DNA of 64,000 bases from an uncultured Clostridia bacterium (GTDB taxonomy: Bacteria; Bacillota; Clostridia; Christensenellales; UBA1242). The DNA lies in the NCBI GenBank assembly GCA_944381215.1, contig CALWKF010000006.1:6473-70472 (forward strand), written 5' to 3'. This document shows positions 53,686 to 61,682 of this stretch, one piece after another. The translations under genes and the position numbers were made by a program. Numbering within the stretch: the stretch's first letter is position 1; every line of letters starts with the position of its first letter. The notes under the pieces were generated by a model. It was not told where the DNA came from. It saw only the letters and a list, made by a program, of their open reading frames with translations, and did no database searches.

Positions 53686-54360
53686 TTATGGTAGGCGTTT
53701 AATGTCGCAGGGGTTTTTGATTTTCTCGGGGCCTACCCAGCCATTGTCGCGCTTTAACTTCAAAATAGGTTTGCCAAAGCCGATGCGGTCGAAGGCCTTG
53801 TTGTGCAGAGGATAGAGTTCTTCGATTTTTTGGATGACTTCCTGCGCACTGGTTACGCCCCAAATTTTGTCCTCAAAGGTGTCGTATCTAATCGCGTCGT
53901 CAAGCGGGTGGTCTGCGAGTGCGGAACTCCAGCCCTCGGCATTCTTATATGCCAGCACGAGTCTACCGAACTTCCATGCTGCACTTATTTCGTTCAACGT
54001 GCCAGAGCCACCACCCACTGCAACTACGACCTCACTGTTACCGATGATTAAGTTTCTAGCCATATCGATACCAGTAGGAATTACGATGTCGGCAAAGTCG
54101 TTTGCGGTGTCGAAGTCGTAGGAAGGACAAATAGCAATCGTGTCGCCCTCGCGGTACTTTTCACTTGCGTGAGCCCCTGCGCAAGCGGCACGCATAACCC
54201 CACGACCTCCACCTGTGAGCACTCGGTAGCCATTGTCAACTAGAGCCTTCCCTAGTTCAAAGGCCAAGTCCCATTTGGTTTTCCCTATAGCCGAACAATC
54301 TTCGGGTTGAGGGCTGGCAGCGTTACCAACAACTGCAACAATTAATCTTCTTTTTTGCAT
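53686..54360 (-). CDS. TIGR00725 / LOG-like (SLOG-type Rossmann) protein
   Basis: VAVVGNA...GYRVLTGGGRGVMRAA...VAVGGGSGTLNEI pattern. I moved the start to the ATG at 54360 (MQKRR), which has a GGAGATG RBS. Confidence 0.65.
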   Translation of the reverse strand: MQKRRLIVAVVGNAASPQPEDCSAIGKTKWDLAFELGKALVDNGYRVLTGGGRGVMRAACAGAHASEKYREGDTIAICPSYDFDTANDFADIVIPTGIDMARNLIIGNSEVVVAVGGGSGTLNEISAAWKFGRLVLAYKNAEGWSSALADHPLDDAIRYDTFEDKIWGVTSAQEVIQKIEELYPLHNKAFDRIGFGKPILKLKRDNGWVGPEKIKNPCDIKRLP

Positions 54361-54522
54361 ATTTATCATCTCCATTTTTTATTATAGCCATATTAAATTA
54401 TTTTATCAAAAAAATTAAAAAAAGTATAGTAAAATCGCCCTTGTAAAAGAAATTAGGCATATTTGTCCATACTTTTTAATAGTAAAGTTTATTTAATTTA
54501 AAAGAATACTTTGTGGCAGGGT

Positions 54523-55950
54523 TTAATTTAGGCGGAAAGTGGTCGTGCCGTCCTTGTTGTCCATAATTTCGGCGCCGAGGTCGAGTATTTTTTGCTTAAT
54601 TTCGTCGGCTTTTGCGAAGTCTTTGGCCTTTCGATAGGCATTTCTTTCCTCGACTAACTTCTTTATAATTTCTTCCCTGTCATCGGCTTTTTTCTCGTCA
54701 AGTGAGTCAAAGCACTTAAAAATTCCGTTGATTTTAGTTAAAAATTCGAGAATTTCGCGCTGATTTTGCACATCGTAGGAGTGACTGGTGATTATTGGGT
54801 TTGCCATTTTCATAAAGTCAAAGAGGGCAGCAACTGCGTTTGGCGTGTTGAAGTCATCGCTCATTTCTGCTTCAAAACGTTGTTTAAATGTTTGGAGTGC
54901 TGTGGATAGCTCCGCATTATACTCGATACCGGGATTGTTTTTGAGGTTGAAGATAAAGTTGTCGATGCGCTCGAGTCCTGCGTTGCTTGCCTCCATTACA
55001 TTGTCGCCGTATTTTATAGGACTGCGGTAGTGGCCATTTACAAAGAACCAGCGGAGCGCACGGGCACCGTACTTATTCATGGCGTCCTCGATTGTGACGT
55101 AATTGCCAGCGGACTTGCTCATTTTGGAGCCGTCTTCGGCAAGTAGCATGCCCGTGTGCACCCAATATGTGGCGGGGGTATTATGTCCCAGAGCCTTGCT
55201 CTGCGCAATCTCGTTCTCGTGGTGCGGGAATGCAAGGTCGCGCCCGCCCCCGTGGATGTCGAAGTGGTCGCCTAAGTACTTAGTACTCATAACCGTACAC
55301 TCGATGTGCCAGCCTGGGTATCCCTCACCCCATGGGCTGTTCCACCGGAGCACACTGTTTTTCTGCGCTTTCTTCCACACAGTAAAATCGTAGGGGCTGT
55401 GCTTGCCCTCTTTCACCTCTATTCTCGCTCCCGCGTTCAACGCATCTAGGGTGTTGCCACTCAAAATGCCATAGTCGCGAATTTTGGTTACATCGCAGTA
55501 GACGTCGCCATTTAATTCGTACGCATAACCACGGCGAATCATATCTTCAACTGCCTCGATGATGTCGATTATGTGCCCAGTCGCGCGGGGCGAAATGTTA
55601 GGTCTAGAACAACGGAGCGAGTCGAGGTAGTACCACATAGCGCGGATGTTGATGTCAATTAACTCCATTGGGTGGACCTTCATCTCGTTTGCACGCAGTT
55701 GAATCTTATCCTCGCCCTGGTCCGCATCACCCACGATACTGCCTGCATCCGTGATATTGCGCACGTAAAACACGCGGTAGCCCAAGTACTCGAAGTACGA
55801 CTTAATCACATCGTACGCGACATAGGTGCGCGCGTGCCCAAGGTGCGGGGGCATGTAGACAGTAACCCCGCAGACATACATCTTCACCTCATTTGGTGTA
55901 ACGGGCCTAAATTCCTGTTTTTCTCTGGTAAGCGTATTGTAAATCTGCAT
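54523..55950 (-). CDS. cysS: cysteine--tRNA ligase
   Basis: A HIGH-type motif (PPHLGHAR), KMSKS and Zn-binding Cys residues. Confidence 0.95.
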   Translation of the reverse strand: MQIYNTLTREKQEFRPVTPNEVKMYVCGVTVYMPPHLGHARTYVAYDVIKSYFEYLGYRVFYVRNITDAGSIVGDADQGEDKIQLRANEMKVHPMELIDINIRAMWYYLDSLRCSRPNISPRATGHIIDIIEAVEDMIRRGYAYELNGDVYCDVTKIRDYGILSGNTLDALNAGARIEVKEGKHSPYDFTVWKKAQKNSVLRWNSPWGEGYPGWHIECTVMSTKYLGDHFDIHGGGRDLAFPHHENEIAQSKALGHNTPATYWVHTGMLLAEDGSKMSKSAGNYVTIEDAMNKYGARALRWFFVNGHYRSPIKYGDNVMEASNAGLERIDNFIFNLKNNPGIEYNAELSTALQTFKQRFEAEMSDDFNTPNAVAALFDFMKMANPIITSHSYDVQNQREILEFLTKINGIFKCFDSLDEKKADDREEIIKKLVEERNAYRKAKDFAKADEIKQKILDLGAEIMDNKDGTTTFRLN

Positions 55951-55960
55951 TTACACTCTC

Positions 55961-57547
55961 CTAGTTTTGATATTTTTCGAGGTACTCATCGTACGAGCAC
56001 ATGCGGTCGATAATCTTGCCGTCCTTAATCTCAATTACGCGGTTTGCGACACTGTTTGCGAGTTCGTGGTCGTGAGTACTAAATAGTAGCACGCCCTTGA
56101 AGTCGACCATGCCCTCGTTTAAGGCCGTGATACTTTCGAGGTCTAAGTGGTTCGTCGGCTGGTCGAGGATGAGGACATTTGCCCCCATGACCATAAGGCG
56201 CGAGAGCATACAACGCACTTTTTCGCCACCCGAGAGCACCTTGACTTTTTTCAAGCCGTCATCGCCACTAAACAGCATGCGCCCCAAGAACCCGCGCAGG
56301 TATGTACTGTCCTTTTCCTTGCTAAACTGCGCGAGCCACTCGACGATATTAAAGTCGTTGTCAAAGTACGGCGCTGTGTCCTTTGGCAAGTCGCCTCGAA
56401 TTGTGGTAGTCCCCCAAGAAATACTCCCCTCATAGTCCTTTATCTCGCCACCAAGAATACTTAGGAGTGCGGAAACAGCGAGTTCGTTCTCACCGAGAAT
56501 CAATACTTTGTCCTCGCGGTTTATGCGGAAGGAAATGTTATCGAGCAAGGTCTTGCCGTCGTGGACGTATGTGAGTTTGTTGACCTCTAAGATGTCTTTT
56601 CCTAGTTCGCGCTCGTACTTAAAGTTGATGTACGGGTACTTGCGGTTCGACACGGGCAACTCCTCAATCACGATTTTGTCGAGCATTTTCTTTCGACTGG
56701 TTGCCTGTTTTGCGAGCGACTTTTTCGCACCGAAACGGCGGATAAACTCCTTTAACTCCTCGATGCGCTCCTCTTTCTTCTTGTTCTGCTGTTTAATCTG
56801 CTGTTGCATCAGTTTGCTAGCCTCGTACCAGAAGTCGTAGTTGCCTGGCCAAAGCGAAATTTTGCCGTAGTCGATGTCGACAATGTAGGTGCAGACCGTG
56901 TTTAAAAAGTGGCGGTCGTGGGACACGACAATCACGGTGCCTGGGTAGTTGATGATAAACTCCTCCAGCCACTCGATACTTTTTGAGTCCATGTGGTTGG
57001 TAGGCTCGTCAAGGAGCAAGATGTCGGGAGTGCCAAAAAGGGCTTGGGCAAGCATTACTTTTACCTTAATCGCACCATTTTGCTCCCCCATAAGCGCATA
57101 GTGAAGGCTCTCGGGTACCCCAAGGCCGTTTAAGAGTTTTCCTGCATCGAGTTCGGCATTCCAGCCGTCCATTTCGGCAAACTCGGCCTCGAGGTCGGCG
57201 GCGCGGATGCCGTCCTCTTCGTTAAAGTCGGGTTTTGCGTACAGGGCGTCCTTTTCCTTCATAATTTCATAAAGGCGTTTGTTCCCCATGATGACAGTGT
57301 CCATAATAGTATATTCGTCAAAGGCAAAATGGTCTTGTCGTAGTACTGACATGCGCTCAGTCGGCGGGATGTCGATACTGCCCTTACTAGCCTCCAAATC
57401 TCCACTGATAAGGCGCAAAAAGGTCGACTTGCCAGCGCCGTTCGCGCCGATTACGCCGTAGCAGTTCCCTGGGGTGAATTTGAGGTTGACATCCTTAAAC
57501 AAGGGTGCCCCACCAAAAGACAACTCAAGATCGGTAATCGTAATCAT
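55961..57547 (-). CDS. ABC-F family ATPase, YbiT-like, with degenerate second ATP site
   Basis: It aligns by eye along its whole length with E. coli YbiT. NBD1 has Walker A GANGAGKST and Walker B LLLDEPTNHMD. In NBD2 the Walker A is replaced by GENELAVSA, and the Walker B is followed by Gln (ILDQPTNHLD). Confidence 0.88.
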   Translation of the reverse strand: MITITDLELSFGGAPLFKDVNLKFTPGNCYGVIGANGAGKSTFLRLISGDLEASKGSIDIPPTERMSVLRQDHFAFDEYTIMDTVIMGNKRLYEIMKEKDALYAKPDFNEEDGIRAADLEAEFAEMDGWNAELDAGKLLNGLGVPESLHYALMGEQNGAIKVKVMLAQALFGTPDILLLDEPTNHMDSKSIEWLEEFIINYPGTVIVVSHDRHFLNTVCTYIVDIDYGKISLWPGNYDFWYEASKLMQQQIKQQNKKKEERIEELKEFIRRFGAKKSLAKQATSRKKMLDKIVIEELPVSNRKYPYINFKYERELGKDILEVNKLTYVHDGKTLLDNISFRINREDKVLILGENELAVSALLSILGGEIKDYEGSISWGTTTIRGDLPKDTAPYFDNDFNIVEWLAQFSKEKDSTYLRGFLGRMLFSGDDGLKKVKVLSGGEKVRCMLSRLMVMGANVLILDQPTNHLDLESITALNEGMVDFKGVLLFSTHDHELANSVANRVIEIKDGKIIDRMCSYDEYLEKYQN

Positions 57548-57562
57548 ACTTGCTCCTTTTAC

Positions 57563-57601
57563 TAAAAAATTGATTTTAGTTATTTTGTCCCTAAAATCAA
57601 T
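57563..57601 (-). terminator. AT-rich hairpin + U-run between aspS and the ABC-F gene (aspS terminator or attenuator)
   Basis: Minus strand: ATTGATTTTAG-ggacaaaataa-CTAAAATCAAT followed by TTTTTTAG. It ends only ~8 nt before the ABC-F RBS AAGGAG. Confidence 0.5.
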
Positions 57602-57668
57602 GTTTTGCGAATAGTTTATTCGATTTTTATTGTGCTTTTTAATAATAGTATACTTTATATTATGTTGA

Positions 57669-59420
57669 TTATTTGTCGCGGATGTCGATTTTTATGTTGA
57701 GCTCGCGAAGTTGCTTTTCAGTAACGGTACTAGGTGCGTTCATCAATGGGTCGTAGGCGGACTTGTTTAGCGGGAATGCAATGACCTCGCGCACGTTCGG
57801 CTCGTCGAGAATCAGCATGATACTGCGGTCGATACCGAGGGCCATACCAGCGTGCGGTGGCGCACCATATTGGAAGGCATTGTATAACGCCCCGAATTTC
57901 TCGATACAATCTTTTTCACTGAGGCCCACGATTTCCATGAGTTTGAGCATGGTCTTGGCATCGTGGTTACGCTCGGCACCGCTGACTAACTCTACCCCAT
58001 TACATACGAGGTCGAATTGATTTGCAGAGAGTTTGAGTGCGTTCTCTTTGGTGAGGTTCTCGCAACTCATGTTGGGCTTGTTAAACGGGTTGTGACAGAA
58101 CTGAATCTGGCCCTCGTCGTCAAGCTCGAACATAGGGAAGTCGGTTATCCAGCAGAACTCGAACTTATTAGGGTCGCAGAGATTTAACTCTTCACCGAGA
58201 AGATTGCGTAAAATCCCGCTGAGTTTGGTTGTAGGCTCGGGCTTGCCAGCGAGCAGGAAGATACTACTCCCCTCGCGCGCGCCAGTTTTCTTGAGTAAAC
58301 TTGCCTTTTCCTCGTCGGTTAGGAATTTTGCAATCGGGCTCACGAACTCGTTACCAGCCTCGATTTTTATCCAAGCAAGCCCCTTGCTCCCCGCATCAAT
58401 CATCTTATTTGTGAGGTTGTCGTAGAAACTACGAGGCTTGCCTGCGATGTCGTGCACGACAATCGCCTTTACAGTGCTGTTCTTGAATGCGTTAAAACCA
58501 GTGTTAGCAAAAGTTTCGGTAACGTTTACAACTTCGAGCGGGTTACGTAGATCTGGCTTGTCAGTGCCATAACGCTCCATACTCTCGCGGAATGGAATGC
58601 GCCTAAAAGGGGCTTCGCTAACTTCCTTTTTACCGAAAGTTTTAAATAATTCGTAGTAGACAATCTCGCCAAGTTCAAACATATCCTCTTGAGTCGCAAA
58701 ACTCATCTCCATGTCGAGCTGGTAAAACTCACCCGCGGCGCGGTCGGCACGGGCATCCTCATCGCGAAAACATGGTGCGATTTGGAAGTACCTATCAAAG
58801 CCACCTACCATAAGTAGTTGCTTGAACATCTGCGGTGCTTGCGGAAGCGCGTAAAACTTGCCAGGGTGCTGGCGCGCGGGTACTAGGAAAGCGCGGGCAC
58901 CCTCGGGGCTGTCGGCTGTCAAAATCGGAGTAGCAATTTCGACAAAGCCGAGGCTCTCCATTTTAGCACGCATCCACGAATTAATCTTGCTACGGAGTAG
59001 GATGTTGTTAAACACCTCGGGGTTGCGCATATCGAGAAAGCGGAACTTGGTGCGGACGTCCTCACGAATGCGCTTGCTGTCCTCGACCTCAAATGGTAGT
59101 GGCTGAGTAACGGGACCGAGAAGGTCGACCTTGTCTGCAACAATCTCAATCTCACCTGTATTTAGTTTTGGATTTATGTTCTCTTCCCCACGGAAAGAAA
59201 CGCGCCCTTCGACGCTGATTACACACTCACGAGTAACGCCCTTTATCTTAGAATCGTCCTCAACCACGACCTGCACAATGCCAGTCTGGTCGCGTAAATC
59301 AATAAATGTTATACCGCCGTGGTCGCGAATGGTGCTGACCCAACCAGCCACCTTTACGGTCTTGCCCTCAAACTCTCTAGTAACCTCGTTACAATACTGA
59401 GAGCGAAAAGTTGTTTGCAT
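57669..59420 (-). CDS. aspS: aspartate--tRNA ligase
   Basis: Class II motifs (FRDEDARADR, GGFDRYFQI, GMALGIDR) and an N-terminal OB anticodon-binding domain. I moved the start to the ATG at 59420, which has an AGGAG RBS at 9-nt spacing. Confidence 0.95.
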   Translation of the reverse strand: MQTTFRSQYCNEVTREFEGKTVKVAGWVSTIRDHGGITFIDLRDQTGIVQVVVEDDSKIKGVTRECVISVEGRVSFRGEENINPKLNTGEIEIVADKVDLLGPVTQPLPFEVEDSKRIREDVRTKFRFLDMRNPEVFNNILLRSKINSWMRAKMESLGFVEIATPILTADSPEGARAFLVPARQHPGKFYALPQAPQMFKQLLMVGGFDRYFQIAPCFRDEDARADRAAGEFYQLDMEMSFATQEDMFELGEIVYYELFKTFGKKEVSEAPFRRIPFRESMERYGTDKPDLRNPLEVVNVTETFANTGFNAFKNSTVKAIVVHDIAGKPRSFYDNLTNKMIDAGSKGLAWIKIEAGNEFVSPIAKFLTDEEKASLLKKTGAREGSSIFLLAGKPEPTTKLSGILRNLLGEELNLCDPNKFEFCWITDFPMFELDDEGQIQFCHNPFNKPNMSCENLTKENALKLSANQFDLVCNGVELVSGAERNHDAKTMLKLMEIVGLSEKDCIEKFGALYNAFQYGAPPHAGMALGIDRSIMLILDEPNVREVIAFPLNKSAYDPLMNAPSTVTEKQLRELNIKIDIRDK

Positions 59421-59512
59421 AATGTCCATCTCCTAAAAAAGTTATCTTTTGATTATATATCAAAATTGATTAAATTTCAAGTATATTTGGCGCAAATGTT
59501 TATAAATAATAT

Positions 59513-59545
59513 AAAAATCTTGCCTCAATACGGGCAAGATTTTGT
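59513..59545 (-). terminator. rho-independent terminator of the MFS gene
   Basis: AATCTTGCC-8 nt-GGCAAGATT with T-runs on both strands. It starts 3 nt after the stop codon. Confidence 0.75.
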
Positions 59546-59548
59546 TTT

Positions 59549-61378
59549 TTATTCCTCATTTGAAGTCAACTTTGGCGGAATAGTGTGCTTTTTACTTGTA
59601 TCGCCTTTTGCTGGTTTATTGGTGACTTTTGTGGTCGAAGTTTTATTTTCAGCACTTTCGCTTGTTGCTTTTTTTCTGCTATTCTTTTTAAATTCGGTGG
59701 CTATGTCGTCCTCTTGCGTAGTTAAAGCGATAGTTTGCGTAGTTTTTGCAGTTTTGCGAATAGTTTTAGCGGGTTTTTCGCTGTCGCCTACCGATTGCAT
59801 AGTACTTGATTTTTTAATAGTGCGGGCTTTTTTGTTTGTGTCACCTACTACTTTTCCTTGTTTAGATATTTTATCGTCTGCCTTGTTGTCTTTTGTGTTG
59901 GTGTCGTCTGCCCCGCTATCTAGTGCAGTGGTACTGTCTTTTGTGATTTTGTTGGTGGTGTCACCTACCCTGCTAACTTGGGTGGTTTCGAGATTTTCGG
60001 TTGTTGTAGTGGTTTCCGCCTTACTATCTTGTGCGGTTGTGCTACCGTCAATTAAAGCAGGTGCGGTGTCGTGGTGGCTGGGCTTTTTATAAAACAGGAA
60101 TACCACTAGCGCGATTATCGTAAATATTGTAGCGTACGGGAATAGCCATTCGTAGCCAAGGGCCTTAAAGAAGAACCCAACGCAAATAGGGGTTAAACTC
60201 TGCGCCAGCATACTAGCAGCGTAGTACCAGCCAGTGAGCCTACCGACAGTTTTCTTGCTTGCCATTTCGACGACCATGGGGTAACTATTCACATTCACCC
60301 ACGCCCAACCGATACCAGCAATACCGATTAGGATATAAAGTAGCCAAGGAATCATTACAAAAGTAGCGATTAATAGTGATACTAGCATTAATACTAGCCC
60401 TATCACTATTGTCCACTTTCTGCCCAGTTTATCGGCAATGTAGCCCCCTGGAATAAAGCCTAGAAGTGAACAAATCGTCATCACAATTACAGCAGTTCCC
60501 CACCAACCAGTGCCCAGTTCCAAATGCTCGGTACTAAAAGTCGAACCGAAAGTCTCAATCGCGTTAAAAGCAAAGAACCACAGGAAAATTGAAAGCATCA
60601 AAATAATTAAGTTGCGCTTGTCAAGTTTGGTCAAGGGTTTATCTTCAGCGAGCGAAGACTCTGCCTCTGCCTGCCTCTCGCCCTCTTCCATTTCGCTAGC
60701 GACTTCTTTTGCAATTTTGTTTTCCTTGATTTTAAAGAACAAGATTACGAGTGCCACAATCATTAGTACCGCGGTGAGCGCAAAAGGTATCCAAATCGTG
60801 TTTGGGTCGTAGTCAAGATACCCTGTTACCTCGTTTTTATCAGCGGGGAAAAGAATTGCCAATGCACCAGCAAAGATTGCGCCGAGGTAGCCTACAAAGT
60901 TTATAATCGCGTTTGCCTTGCTACGTAGGGGCTTTGGAGTGATATCGGGCATAAGAGACACTGCTGGCGAGCGGTATAGGTTCATCGCAAGCAAAATTAT
61001 CGCCATCATTACAATCATCCAAATGTACTTGTTGTAAATAAATAGAATAGGAATCAGCGGGAACACGATAACCGCCACCACTACCCCAGCGATTATGTAG
61101 GGCATGCGCTTACCTAACTTGGTATTCGTGCGGTCGGAGAGTTTACCAAAGAGTGGTAGCATAAAGAGGGCTAATATATTGTCCATAGCCATTATGATAC
61201 CGACTAGATACGAGTGGTCCTCAGTCGTGCCACCCAAGGTGCGGACAAAGTAGTCACTTAAAAACAGCGGGCAGTAGGTGTTGTACACTTGCCACAGCAT
61301 CAAGATTGTAAAAAATGCGAGTCCTATGTAAAAGGTGCGCTTGTAATTTAATTTCAGCGCGGGTTTTTGATTTTCCAT
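59549..61378 (-). CDS. MFS-type transporter with ~190-aa disordered Thr/Lys/Asp-rich C-terminal tail
   Basis: It has 12 hydrophobic segments in the first ~420 aa and a GAGGAAAG RBS. The tail (HHDTAPALIDGSTTAQDSKAETTTTT...KKHTIPPKLTSNEE) has no TM segment or known motif. Confidence 0.8.
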   Translation of the reverse strand: MENQKPALKLNYKRTFYIGLAFFTILMLWQVYNTYCPLFLSDYFVRTLGGTTEDHSYLVGIIMAMDNILALFMLPLFGKLSDRTNTKLGKRMPYIIAGVVVAVIVFPLIPILFIYNKYIWMIVMMAIILLAMNLYRSPAVSLMPDITPKPLRSKANAIINFVGYLGAIFAGALAILFPADKNEVTGYLDYDPNTIWIPFALTAVLMIVALVILFFKIKENKIAKEVASEMEEGERQAEAESSLAEDKPLTKLDKRNLIILMLSIFLWFFAFNAIETFGSTFSTEHLELGTGWWGTAVIVMTICSLLGFIPGGYIADKLGRKWTIVIGLVLMLVSLLIATFVMIPWLLYILIGIAGIGWAWVNVNSYPMVVEMASKKTVGRLTGWYYAASMLAQSLTPICVGFFFKALGYEWLFPYATIFTIIALVVFLFYKKPSHHDTAPALIDGSTTAQDSKAETTTTTENLETTQVSRVGDTTNKITKDSTTALDSGADDTNTKDNKADDKISKQGKVVGDTNKKARTIKKSSTMQSVGDSEKPAKTIRKTAKTTQTIALTTQEDDIATEFKKNSRKKATSESAENKTSTTKVTNKPAKGDTSKKHTIPPKLTSNEE

Positions 61379-61620
61379 AAAACTTTCCTCATTGTTTTAA
61401 TTATTATAGAATAATTATATTAAATAATTAATTTAAAAGCAAGCAAAAATAAAATTAATGCACTTTTTTTAATTTTTATTTAATATGTATTTTAAATTTA
61501 TATAAATATGTTATTTGAAAAATATTGAAAAAAATACTATTAAATTAAAATTAATAAACTTCAAAACTCACTAAAACCCCAATTTTTATATAACAAAAAA
61601 CTAAAATTTTTAAATTAAAC

Positions 61621-61650
61621 AAAAAACAAACCAAATTTGGTTTGTTTTTT
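61621..61650 (-). terminator. palindromic terminator downstream of the large orphan gene
   Basis: AAAAAACAAACCA-aat-TTGGTTTGTTTTTT. Confidence 0.7.
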
Positions 61651-61682
61651 GTAGGTAATTTAGTAGAGATAGTTGAAATGTT

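Noticed and set aside
59421-59548. T-box leaders upstream of aspS and cysS
   Set aside because: The aspS upstream gap is only ~125 nt and is mostly occupied by the MFS terminator. cysS follows the ABC-F gene after 10 nt. There is no room for a ~200-nt T-box, and I saw no specifier or T-box sequence.
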